The translations under genes were made by a program, and so were the position numbers. Below are positions 12,945 through 33,238 of a stretch of 64,000 bases of DNA, piece after piece. Numbering within the stretch: position 1 is the first letter of the stretch; the number at the start of each line of letters is the position of its first letter. This stretch comes from the human T2T-CHM13v2.0 reference genome, Homo sapiens, in the NCBI RefSeq assembly GCF_009914755.1, contig NC_060943.1; one strand, given 5' to 3'. The notes beneath the pieces are model-generated. The model made no database searches and was not told where the DNA came from. It was given only the letters and a program-made list of their open reading frames with translations.

Positions 12945-14350
12945 CATTGGATGGATGGGTTGATGGATGTCTGAATGGGGTGATAAAAACAAGTAGCTGG
13001 TGGGTGAGTGAAGGGAAGGATGTGTGAATGGATGGGGGATGAATGGGAGGAAGAATGAATAGATGGGTGGATGATGGAAGAATGAATGGATGGGGAGAAG
13101 GAAGAATGAGTGGATGAGTGGATGAATTGGAGAATTAATAGATGGGTGGAAGGAAGGATGAATGGATGGGATAATGAATGGATGGAATAATAAATGGATG
13201 GGATAATAAATGGATGGGTGGACAGAAAATGAGTGGATGGGTAGATGGGTACATAGAAGGGAGAATAAATGGGTGGGTAGAAGGATGATAAGTTGATGGG
13301 TAGTTGGGTGGATGGGTAGAAGGAAGGATGAGTGAATAGGTAGATGGGTGGATGGTGGGAGAATTATTGGATGGGTGGAAGGAAGGATAAATGAATGGGT
13401 GAATGAGTGGGAGAATGAATGGATGGGTAGAAGGAGAATGAGTGGATGGGTAGATGGGTGGGCAGATGGGAGAATGAATGAATGGATACAAGGATGACGA
13501 GTGGACGGGTAGATGGGTGGGTGGATGGGAGAATGAATGGATGGATTCAAGGATGATGAGTGGATGGGTAGATGGGTTGATGGATGGGAGAATGAATGGG
13601 TAGGTAGAAGGATGGTGAGTAGATGGTAGATGGGTGAGTGGATGGGAGAACGAATGGATGGGTAGAAGGATGATGAGTAGATGGTAGATGGGTGAATGGA
13701 TGGGAGAATGAATGGGTGGGCAGAAGGATTATAAATAGATGGGTAGATGGGTGGATGGACTGGAGAATGAGTGGATGGGTAGAAGAATGATAAGTAGATG
13801 GGTAGATGGGTGAATGGATGGGAGAATGAATGCATAGATACAAGGATGATGAGTGGATGGGTAGATGGGTGGATTGATGAGAGAATGAATAGGTGGGTAA
13901 GAAGAAGGATGAATTAATGTGTGAGTGGGTGGATGGATGGGAGAACGAATGGGTGGGTAAGAAGAAGGGTGAATCAATGTGTGAATGGGTGGATGGATGG
14001 GAGAATGAATGGATGGATAGAAGAATGATGCGTAGATGGGTAGATGGGTTGATGGTTGGGAGAATGAATGGGTGAGTAGAAGGAAGATGAGTGGATGGGT
14101 AGATAGGTAGATGGATGGGAGAATGAATGGGTGGGTGGAGGGATGATGAGTGGATGGATAGATGGGTGAATGGATGGGAGAATGAATGGATGGATGGATG
14201 GATTGATGGATGAGTAGATTGGGAATGAGTGGAAAAATAAATAGCTGACGCATAGGTGGAAAGAAGATATAAGTGGGTGGATGGGTGAATGGAGAGTAGA
14301 AAGTAGGAGAAATGGGTAAGTAGGTAAAACATGGATGGAAAGATGGGTAG
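12945..14350. repeat. TGGA/GAATG-rich tandem array with a 58-60-bp higher-order unit
   Basis: Anchor GAGAA(T/C)GA recurs at 13411, 13470, 13529, 13588, 13646, 13704, 13763, 13822, 13881, 13941, 14001, 14060, 14119 and 14178. Confidence 0.9.
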
Positions 14351-15699
14351 ATTTGGGATACAAGTTGAGGCTTGCAGGATGGGTGGGATTGGGATTGCAG
14401 GCATGCCTAAGGTTGGAGTTTCCAGCAACTGAATACTGCACACTCATGTCTTCCAGGAAGGAGGCCATAGGAAAAAAGTCTCCAAGTGGTGGTAGGTCCC
14501 AGAATTCCATGCCATTCCATGCTTCTGCCTGCAGTCCCTAGGCCACTGAACCTAGACAGAGGGGAAGGGCAGAGTGAGTGGACACAGCCAATCCCAGCCT
14601 GCTTCCGACTCCCCTAATCCCTCAGCCTTTAGGGACAGGAGCAGCGGACCTCCTCCCTCTGCTGGGCACTGGGTACTCTGGTGGATGCAGCCTGGCCCAG
14701 ATTTGCTGATTCTTGTCCACGTACAAATTAATGTAGATATGTTTTTTCAGGCATTTAAGAAATCCCATCTCCAGGTGGGCAGATAAATAACTCTATTTAC
14801 ATTAAAGACTAATGTAACAAAAATACACCAGGCAATAATTCATAATGCATTCTATTCTACAGAGTCATATTTTAATGTGTGACATATCCCAGGCAGCTCC
14901 TCTGTGCTAATTTCATTTAATGAGCACATGTTATAGAATTTTCAGAGCACTATCCCTGGGCAATTAAAATATGTTAACCTTTTGGTTAAATTGTGTTTCT
15001 AAAGAAAAGTCCTCACTGTGAAACAGAAAGAAATATCCAGGTGTCACTGAGGTGGAACCCAAAGGCGGATTGTAATGGGAAAGGACTGCTGTTAGGTCCT
15101 GCATGTGCTGGCTGGAGGGACCTACAGCCTCCTCCCGGACCTCAGGCCATGCTGCACCATCCCTGCCCTTGCATGGCCAGGCCCATTTCCACTGTGCAGG
15201 ACAAGGAGCTGAAGCCTGGACCCATACAGTGAGCAGCCTTCCTTGAGCAGTCATTAATTGACTACCCACTATTTGCCTGACCCAGGAGATCCAAGGTACA
15301 CCCTGGCTCCAAGGTTGGGAAGATTGTAGCATGGAGGTGAGGTACCCCCAGACAACTGGGGTTTAAATAGGGCTAGTATAGGAGACTTCAAGGAGGGGCA
15401 GGCTCCTCTCTTTCAAAATATGGACAGGTCCCCCAGCTCTGCCATCTACATAATGGGCACACCAGTGCTCCAGCATTCCCAAGTCCCAGAGTTTCAGATC
15501 TGGAAGGGGCTCTTAGAGAGCCTAGTGTGAGTGATTCCCAAACTGTGCTCCTTAGAACCCCAGGAGCCCCACCCCAACTTCAACCAGAGCCATTCTGCTT
15601 CTAATGGTTTTACATATTGGGGTTCCATGAAGCCATTAGTTGAAAATAGGGTTCTACTGCTTTAAAAGATTTAAAAGCAGTTTATATAGTTCTCCTGTG

Positions 15700-15792
15700 T
15701 GTATATATATACCTATATATATATATATGCACATTATATTAAATATATATTTATGCACTTTATATTAAATATACAAATAGTTTTCATATATA
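15700..15792. repeat. (TA)n-rich low-complexity tract
   Basis: gtatatatatacctatatatatatatatgc... read directly. Confidence 0.8.
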
Positions 15793-15842
15793 TGCTGCCT
15801 TCTAAGGGAAGAATTTGAAGTGGCTTATAAAACTGAATGTGC

Positions 15843-16294
<452 letters not shown>

Positions 16295-16459
16295 TCAAGG
16301 TCACTCTTGCAGCCCTGGGCTCCCCAGAGGGAACTCGAGACAGGCCTCTCAGCCCCAGCTTGTATCTGAAGGTTAAAAATGCGAGGCCACCTTTGAAGGA
16401 CCTGGCCCATGTCTGGTGCATTATGGATGGTTAGACCAGCTGGGATGTCTAAGAAAGAC

Positions 16460-16600
16460 TTTCATTCATGCATTCAACAAACATTTTGTGAGCCTGTCAG
16501 GGTTCCGGCACCGTGCTGGGTAATGAGGACATATGCAGCTGAGACAGCCATGGTCTCCACTCTCTCAGGCACACCCGCTAGCAGAGAAGACAGGGGTCAG
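16460..16600 (-). mobile_element. L2 3' fragment
   Basis: ttcattcatgcattcaacaaacattttgtgagc...gtgctggg resembles the L2 3' terminus. Confidence 0.55.
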
Positions 16601-16925
16601 ACAGTAACACACTACGGCCATCCACATACAGCCCCGAAGAAATGGAACTTGCCTTGGAGCCTGTAGGACAAAGGGAGCCTCCAGACTGGGTCAGCGAGGG
16701 CCCAATGTCTGAAGGAGACCCATGGTCTGAGGAGGACGGAAATGAGTGAATGGGAGGTCTCCGGGGGTCGGCAGGGTGGATTCATGATGGCACTGGGAGG
16801 CAGGCAGGGGTGCGGGGAGAGAGGTAGCCAGGCGAGAAGAGTTAGGTCTTCAGCCTGAGACAGAGACTCCTGGGAACTTGGGGAGCAGGAGGAAATTGTG
16901 CTTTGCATGTGAAAAGAGTACTCTG

Positions 16926-17220
<295 letters not shown>

Positions 17221-17235
17221 GAAAAGAGCACTCTG

Positions 17236-17489
17236 TTTCTGCAAAGGACATGGTTTGGTTCTTTTTTATGGCTGCATAGTATTCCATGGTATGTATGCAT
17301 CACATTTTCTTTATCCAGCCCACCGTTGATGGGCATCTGGGTTGGTTCCATGTGTTTGCTGTTGTGAGTCATGAGTGCTATGATGAACATACAGGTGCAG
17401 GTGTCTTTTTGGTAGAACCAACCTGCACATGTACCCCCTGATTCTAAAATAAAAGTTGAAAAAAGAAAGAAAAGAAAAGAAAAGAAAAA
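17236..17489. mobile_element. Short 5'-inverted (twin-primed) L1 insertion
   Basis: 17236-17417 is antisense L1 3'-region sequence; 17419-17489 is a sense L1 3' terminus with AATAAA and an A-rich tail. Flanked by ...gcactctg repeats. Confidence 0.8.
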
Positions 17490-18599
17490 CGGCACTCTGG
17501 GCAGCCACGTTAGAGTGCTGGGCTATCAGTGACTGGCTTGCGGGGGCTTGGTGGATGCAGGGAGGCCAGTCAGGAGCTGCTGCCCCCGCCCAGGTGAGAG
17601 CTGATGCAGTGAGGGGGAGGGTTGGAGTGCCAGGGCAGGGTGGGTGTGGGGTAATGGCAGGGGCAGGAAGTAGATAGATTCAGAGCTGTATTGGAGTCAA
17701 CTTGTGGGGGCCTCTGAGATGGGCCAGAGAAGATGGGTGAGCTTGAAAGAGCCAGAGAGGAACAGGAAGGGAATCTAGCAAAGGGAACAGACTGAGCAAA
17801 GGCCTGAATTCAGGAGAGCCTGGGTGCATGCAGCCCCCAGCGCAAGAGCCCCATTTACCTGGAGCTCAAGACACTCAAAGGAGTGTGGAGACAGGCAAGG
17901 CGGCACTGTCCACTGGGTGAAAGGGCTTCCAGCTGGCTAAGGAACTTGGACTCATTCATAGGTACCAAGGAGTCACTGGAGATAACCTTCTACCACCTAC
18001 CCACTGTGTGACCTTAGTCAAGTCACCCAACCTCTCTGGGCCTCACCTATGAACGGGAAAGTGGTTTCTACCTCCTAAGGCTGCTGAGAGAGATAAAGGG
18101 GAAAATTCTCTTGCAGGGGCCGAGTGCAGCTGCTGGCACTGAGAATTGTGTGCCTTTTTACAGCCCACAGGCTCAAAGGTTAGCAATCCAGATGGGGCAG
18201 GGGCCCCTCAGGTGAGGAATGGGCCCCACACTGAGGGAGGCAGCCTCGCCGTCCCCGCTGGGGAGCCCCCACCCCCACCCCGGTGCTCACTGCAGTCGGG
18301 CCGCCTGCGGCCCCCTCTGACAGCAGCTGCCTGACCACAGAGTAAAGGCCTGTTTGCCATTCACATTAAGTGACATCATTAAAGGGCCATTGGGGGCAAG
18401 ATGTTATCTCAAAAGAGATGGAAAACTGGAGAGGAGGTGGCGGCAAAGTTGGCCACATTAAAAAGCCACCATGAATGTTAACATTCAGGGAAAAATCTCA
18501 TCCCCCATTCTCCTTCCCTTGCAAGTAGCCAGGGGCCAGGGTCAGGCTGAGGCATTCATGGGGAAGGAGAGTTCCAGCTCTTTGGGCCCGAGAGGTGGT

Positions 18600-19020
18600 G
18601 TGTGTGGCAGTGGTTAGGTGTACACAGGGGCCAGACTGCCTGGGTGCAAGTCCCAGCCCTGCTGTTTATCTCAGTGTGGCCTTGGTTGGGCTGCCAGATT
18701 TAGCAAATAAAAATATAGGACCCCCCGTTAAATTTGAATTTCAGATAAACCACCAGTAACATCTTATGAATGTAAGTATGTTCCATGCAATATTTGGGAC
18801 ATACTTGTACTAAAAAGTATCCATTGTTTTTCTGCAATTCAGATTCAATGGAGTGTCCTGTTTTTTATCTGGCAACCCCAGGCCTGGGGCAAATCACTTC
18901 ATCTCCCTGGACCTCAGTTTCCCCAACTATAAAATAGGAGTAAAAGTAACTCCTGCCATTACAAGGATTGAATTTAACGTAGGTCACATACTTGCTGCAG
19001 TACCTGGCCCTAATAAGTGC
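18600..19020. mobile_element. MIR, split by MER53
   Basis: ccagactgcctgggtgcaagtcccagc...gtgtggccttgg | gcaaatcacttcatctccctggacctcagtttccccaactataaaatagg continues the MIR core across the insertion. Confidence 0.7.
18686..18880. mobile_element. MER53 palindromic hAT-type MITE
   Basis: Terminal inverted repeats ttgggctgccag / ctggcaacccca, near-palindromic body, 8-bp TSD ggccttgg / ggcctggg. Confidence 0.88.
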
Positions 19021-20929
19021 TGGCAACCTTTGCCTTGTTATCCTAAAGGTGCTGGGTTCTGTCTGCTTGACTGGTCTGGTCCCTGACATCTGCTCTTGAC
19101 TAGAGGTCATCAGTTGCAACACCAGGCAATTGCCATGTCCTGGTTTTGGGTGGGGCTGCTTGCTGGGGGCTGAGGAGAGAGGGAGGCCCTAGGCCAGCCC
19201 TCTGACGCATGGGCTTCCTCCACGACCAGAGAGGTAGGACATGTGAGGAAGGCACTTAGGGGGTAGCAGAAGAGAAGAAGGCAGAGGCAAGGGGCACCTA
19301 AACAAACAGCACAGACATTTGTGCCAAGCCCTCTGTGTTTGGGTGCTCAGGGAGGGCTGCCTGGAGGAGGCAGCATCTAGACAAAGGAAAAGTAGGGGGC
19401 TAGTCGTTCTGCGGGGTCAGCCTGGATATGCCTGTAGGGAACCAGAGCACATGGCTGCAGCAGGGGAATGGTCAGATTGAAGTGGGGGGATGGGGAATTA
19501 CGGACAAACCCCAACTGCGGCACTCAGGCAGTGGCTCTTTCTCCTGTGGGCAGAGGGCAGTCATCAAAGGTTCTGTTTCTCAGGGAGAGTGTCCAGGTGC
19601 GTCTGAAGGATGGAGTGGTTATGAAGGCAGGAGAATGCTGTAGGGGCCACTGCTGTCATTGGGCATAGTGGAGGCCTGAACTGGGGCTGCAGCAGGGGAG
19701 AGAGGGCACAGCAGGGAATGGCTAAAACAGGCGGGGAACAGGCAGTCCAGCCACATTTGCCCAGGAGTACTCAGGCTCCTTCCACGTCCTGGACACGGAG
19801 GCAGCCATCTGGGCATCATCACCAAGGGATATGACGTCACCCCCAGGAGGACAGCTTGTCTGCAAACCCAGGAGCTGACTACCCAGGGCCTGGAAGCGAG
19901 GGACAGGGCAGGAGGACCTGTGCATGTCTCGTCTGCTCTCAAAGGTCCGCACCCCACACTGGACTTTTCTTTAAAATATCTCGATTTCCTTTAAAGCCCA
20001 ACTGCATCAGTGGCCCCTTGCTTCTGCCCCAGTTACAGTACACATTAATTTTATGGCAGAAACTAATTCTACCCGAACTCCGTTAGTGTTCAATTATTCC
20101 TCGCTGACTGCCTTTGAATAAATATCCATGAAGAGGCTTTTAATAAAACATCAACAAGGGAGGCAGCCTCCTTGCAAGGTGGCAGAGGTTCTCACCCTGC
20201 AGCGGGCTGGGCCAGTGCTGCGTCCAGGGGAGAGCTGGGAGCCAGGTTCTCAGCAGGGCCTGGGAGATCCCGCCAGATGCTCCCAGGGTGGGGCAGGCTC
20301 AGGAGCCCCATCAGGAAGCCGGGAATGTGGGAGCTAGGAGAGCCAGCCCCCTACATGAAGGAAGGGGTGTGTCTGGCCACACAACTGCATGGGGACAAAG
20401 ATAGGATGCATACCAGGCCTCCTGGGTCCTGCGCCAGGCCTGGCACATAGAGTGCAAATTCAGGCACCCACAAAGGGCCAGGTTGGCTGAGCAAAAGGGG
20501 CCCAACTGCGCAGGAGGCTGGGGCAGGACTGGCAGCTCACCCTGGGCCCAGGCTGGTGGCTAGCAGGGAGGGATGAGGGGAAGGATTTCTGCTGGGAAGA
20601 GCAGCCGGCCCCCACCCACCCCAGTGTTCTGTAGCTTGGTGGAAAAGCAGTCCTGGGGTTGCTGATTCTGGGGCCTTTCTAGGAAATACCTGAATCTCTG
20701 CTTTTATGTAGAAGTCTCCCAATTTTTACATGCCAGATTATAATTTACAATTTGTAAGACTCTGTGTGCACCAAACTAGACCCTTCTGCAAATCAGACAG
20801 CCCTCAGGTGGCCACTTGGTGCCTTTACCTTGTCCCTGGGCTCTGTAGAAGACAGCATTTTGTAACCAGGAAATCAGGGAGTGGGGCAGGCAGGGAAATA
20901 AGAAGACTGAAAGGCCAGGCTCTGGGGGA

Positions 20930-21256
20930 GTCCCAACGCTGCCCCCAATGCTGCACCCATGCTGCCCCAGGGGAGCTCTAGCACTGGCCGCAGTGCTGCC
21001 CCAGGAGAGCCTGATACTTCCCCCAGTGCTGCCTCAACATTGCCCCAGGAGAGCCCCAACGCTGCCCCCAGTGCTGCCCCAGGAGGTCCCTGACGCTGGC
21101 TCCAGTACTGCCCCAGGAGAACCCTGATGCTGGCCCCAAGGCTGCTCTAGGAGACCCCAGACACTGGCCCCAATGCTGCCCCAGGAGACCCCTGATGCTG
21201 GCCCCAATGCTACCCCAGTAGACCCCTGACGCTGGCCTCAGTGCTGGCCCTGACAC
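20930..21256. repeat. 34-bp GC-rich minisatellite (consensus about gctggccccaatgctgccccaggagacccctgac)
   Basis: AG(G/T)AG anchor at 21081, 21115, 21149, 21183 and 21217; degenerate units upstream. Confidence 0.85.
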
Positions 21257-21733
21257 GGGCCTTGGCATCTGGACCATATATGTCTCCCCACAGGGAAAAG
21301 GATGGGGTTTGACTGTAGCCAGGATGGCTACTAGATGCCCTCTCCTACTCTCACTCCACAAGCCCCTGCAAACCCAGAGAAATTCCTTGTACACTGGCCC
21401 CAGGAAGCTCGGAGACGGAGGCTCCTCCTTCAGCTGGGGCATGGCCTTCTGCTGCACTCCTGAGCGGGCCCCAGGGCAGGTGATGGGGAATTGGGAAGAG
21501 CAGGTCTGCTCCCAGCTGCCCCAGGCAGACAGCCATCCCCATGGCTAAATGGATGTTCAAGTCCAGCCCATTAAGGCCATGATTGCCCCTTGGGGGCTGC
21601 CTTCTTGTTTCATTCTTAGATGACAGCAAAAGAGACTAGAAATAGGCTTGAACATCAGAGCTGAGGGGCCCCTATCCAGGACCCTCAGCTTGGCTCTCTA
21701 ACCTTTCTAGCCAAGAAGCCCTTGTTCTGACTA

Positions 21734-22047
<314 letters not shown>

Positions 22048-23943
22048 GTGCTATGACAGCACAAAATGCAGAACAGACATGAGTGGCCTTGATCTGCTTG
22101 ACACAGAGGAGGGACCTGTCTGTGAGACCTCCATGGTTGTCCTCATGGTAGAATATCCAAGCTTGCTGTTGGAATGGCTTTGTCTGAAGACGACAATGTC
22201 TTCCCTTGAACTAGCTCTTCTCTAGTGGCTGCCTGTACTCGGTGTGTGAATATTCTATGCAATACTGGACAAAGCAAGTGAAAGACAGAAGCACTACAGC
22301 GTCAGCCTATGAAATGAGCCTCCACTTAGCCAGGCTGCAAGAGCCAGACCAGCCTGTTGTCCATTTTTGTGTGTAGAGCCAGACCTCAAATGTGTCTTCA
22401 TTTTACTTACTCTTCTCAAACCTGAAAAAAAAAAAAAGCAGCACTGTTTGCAAACCCCTGACCCCAGATGCAGCTCCCAGGCCACCAGCAGGTTTGCAGG
22501 GGCAAGGGACCTGGCCAGGCCCAAAGGATCTCAGCCCCAGTGGAGAGGGTTGCAGCTCTCTTCTAAGCCACGGCCAGAAAACAAGGGCCACAGACTACAG
22601 CTGGGGCCCATATTACCCCAAAGGCAGAGGGAAGCCATCCATACTTCTAGAAACATGGGCAGCAGTGGCTGCCCTGGCGAGCTGTGCAGGCTGGTAAGCT
22701 GGGAGCCCCCTACTGTGATCCCAATGCCCACAGGGTAGGAGTGGCCCCTCTGCACTCCGTTCCACAGCATAGAAACAGATACTCCATGCCGATGGAAGTC
22801 CCAGCCCATATGGGTATTCCCAACCCTTCTCCCCACTCTCCAGGAAGCTAACTCACAGGCTTGGGCAGAGCTTGGGTCAGACGATGGCCTGGAGGAACTT
22901 TCACCTTTACTTTTAGCACAAGGCATGAAATGGCTTGAGAGCTGCCATATTGCTTTCTGGCAGGGATTTGGAATTCTGCTTTTGCTTGATAAATTGAAAT
23001 GAGGAATTTCCCAGACAAGCTGCTGGGCTGGCACCTTTAGTGTGCTTATGGTGGGGTGGGGGGCAGGGGGAAGTAGAGATGCCCGTTGTGTTCTTTGAGG
23101 GTCTCTTTCAAATGGCTCCAGCGTGTCTCTTATCCTGCTCACTATCTGAATGATAAAAATTAATATCTTAATTGATATCTTAATCTTGAGCCAAAGAAGC
23201 TTTGATTCCTTTAAGAAGAGTGATTAGCAAAATGATGATACTTGCTTAATATAAGGAATGAATCAGCTACTGTTCCATCAGAGGGCTTCCCTCACCTCTC
23301 AAGCAGCCTGATTTTGCACCTTAATCATGACAAATAAACTTGCTCATGCTCCAGCGCTATTCCTGGTACTCCTTAGGACAGGAGGGAATAGATAAAGAAA
23401 CCATTAGCATCCAGTCAATGCATCAGCCTGCATGCCAGCCAGCCCGCTCAGCACACAACCCCCAGGAACACAGATGTCTCCACGCCATGTAAAAAAAGAG
23501 GCTACAGGGATGGGAATGAGATCCTACCTCAGTGAGCAGAACGTACCCTCTGGGCCTTGCCTTGTAGGGTCAATTTGGGCCTGGGACCTGTCATTCTGGA
23601 AAGCAATGGACAGCAGAGGCCAAGTGCTGGACATTGGAACAGACAGTGTGATCCTGGGCAACATCCTTCACTTCTGTGGATCTTGTGTCACATTTGGAAA
23701 AGGAGGCAATGCCTGGGGAGCAGGTGGACACAGGGCTGCAAGACTCCTGAGCTCTGAACCATTGCTGATGTACAGACCCCACTTACTCAGGGTCAGCCTG
23801 GAAGCCAGACTTCCTTGGTCTGCCCCGATTCATTTGGGAAACCTAGATTGTTTATATGTCTGATGAATCAGGTAGTAAAAGGTTGCAAATCCTAGGTCCT
23901 TCTTTTGCCAAAGATCCAGGGATGTCTCAAAATAAGTGGTTGA

Positions 23944-30480
<6,537 letters not shown>

Positions 30481-30490
30481 AAACATAAAA

Positions 30491-31220
30491 ATAAAACCAC
30501 AATGAGATACCATCTCATGCCAGTTAGAATGGCAATCATTAAAAAGTCAGGAAACAACAGATGCTGGAGAGGATGTGGAGAAATAGGAACACTTTTACAC
30601 TGTTGGTGGGAGTGTAAATTAGCTCAACCATTGTGGAAGACAATGTGGCTATTCCTCAAGGATCTAGAACCAGAAATACCATTTGACCCAACAATCTCAT
30701 TACTGGGTATATACCCAAAGGATTATAAATCATTCTACTATAAAGACACATGCACACATATGTTTATTGCAGCACTGTTCACAATAGCAAAGACTTGGAA
30801 CCAACCCAAATCCCCATCAATGATAGGCTGGATAAAGAAAATGTGGCACATATACACCATGGAATACTATGCAGGCATAAAAAAGATGAGTTCATGTCCT
30901 TTGCAGGGACATGAATGAAGCTGGAAATCACCATTCTCAGCAAACTAACACAGGAACAGAAAACCAAACACCACATGTTGTCATTCATAAGTGGGAGTTG
31001 AACAATGAGAACACATGGACACGGGAGGGGAACGTCACACACTGGGGCCTATTGGGGGTTGAAAGGCTAGGGGAGGGATAGCATTAGGAGAAATACCTAA
31101 TGTAGGTGACTGGTTGATGGGTGTAGCAAACTACCATGGTACGTGTATACCTATGTAACAAAGCTGCATATTCTGCACATGTATCCCAGAACCTTAAGTA
31201 TAATAATATTTTAAATAAAT
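30491..31220 (+). mobile_element. 5'-truncated L1PA 3' fragment (younger-type 3'UTR)
   Basis: ORF2 C-terminus ([27 protein letters not shown]...) and 3'UTR gggatagcattaggagaaatacctaatgta, ending ttaagtataataa. Confidence 0.92.
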
Positions 31221-31409
31221 AAGTAGGTGGTTGAAGAGATAGTTTGCCTTGCTTGTTCTAGCTTGGAAAATTTTCCTCTTGAGAGAAGGAAATCCGCAAC
31301 CTGAGAAAGATTATTCTCCAGCCCTTTTAAAGAAGAAGCTATGTCACCCTTTTCTGTAACATCTATTTGCATGGCACTTGACTCTGTTTGAGGCGCTGTT
31401 GTTTACATG

Positions 31410-31882
31410 TTTGTATTGTTAGCTTTTGATACATAATGAAGGACCCCAAAACTCAATGGCTTTGGCAGAACACCACAGCCGTTTTTAGCTCAGGATTCTG
31501 TGGCTCAGCAATTTGGGCTGGGCTCAGTTGGGCGATTCTTCTGCTGGTCTGTTGGGCTCATTCATGTGTCTATGATCGGCTGCTAATTCAATTGAGGCCA
31601 TGTTGGTCTAGAGGGATGTCCACTAGGACATCTCATGGCTCTTATCCTGCAGCAGGCTGGCCCAGGCTTGTTCATGTGACAGTGGGTTCTAGGAGGCACA
31701 AGAGAGAGGGCAAACCTCAATGCACAAACACTTTTCAGGCCTTTGCTCACTTCACACCCGATAATGTTCCGCCAGCAAAAGCAAGTCATGTGACCAAGCC
31801 CAGAGTCAGTGTGGGAGGGCACTATGATAGGGATGCTGGGATGGGGAAGGGGGACTTGTAGCCATTTTTGCAATCAACCACT
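31410..31882. mobile_element. Ancient MLT1-type LTR
   Basis: ccccaaaactcaatggctt, aatttgggctgggctcag, gcaagtcatgtgaccaagcccagagtca motifs. Confidence 0.6.
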
Positions 31883-32587
31883 ATAATATTGCTTAATCTG
31901 GACCCCTGCCCAGTGAGACATGCCATGCACATATTAATTTTATGGAGCCATGCACATCCCATTTTATGAGGTAAAGAATGTTGCCCCGCGTCACATAGCA
32001 AGCTGGAAACAGGACTAGGCTTGGAAGCCCATCTCTCCAGTGCCAGCCCACTGCACCATCCCACTTCTCTTGGTTCCCTCCCACCCCAACATCAGTGCCA
32101 GGCCAGGGAGAGAATGAAGTGTCATCCAGGAGCCAAACCCTGGCCACCTGTACAGACATCCAGCAACAGAGACATAGCAGACCCTGGGTGAACCCTCCCC
32201 AGACATCAGCCTCCAGGAGCCAATGCTGCAGCCCCACTGCCACTGTAGCCCCCACCCTGGCCCAGCACAGAGTGGCAGGCTGGTTATTTCAATCAACGGT
32301 GTTTTGAAAATCTTGCAATTTAAAACCTTTTAAACATGAGTAGGTGAGGCTGTGATAGTGCCAATGACTAGTTGGGAGTACTTAGAGGCAATTTTAAATG
32401 TCTCCTGAAATCTCCATGCCAACGGTCCCATGGGGCACCAGACAAGGTTCACGTTGCCAGGCTCACCCTCCTGTTAGCCATTTCCCCTGCCGCTGCATAC
32501 CCTGAGGGCTTGGAGTTCCATGCACAAGTGCATCCACCTTTAAACACCTCATGCAGATTATTTCTGTCTCACCTGCACCTGCCTTCA

Positions 32588-33238
<651 letters not shown>

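Noticed and set aside
12921-14510. His/Pro/Ser/Ile-rich ORFs of about 300 aa
   Set aside because: Artefacts of the (TCCA)n-type strand of the tandem array.
17895-17925. Possible REST/RE1 site (ggcactgtccactgggtgaa)
   Set aside because: Only the CTGTCC half matches; the GGTGCTGA half is absent.
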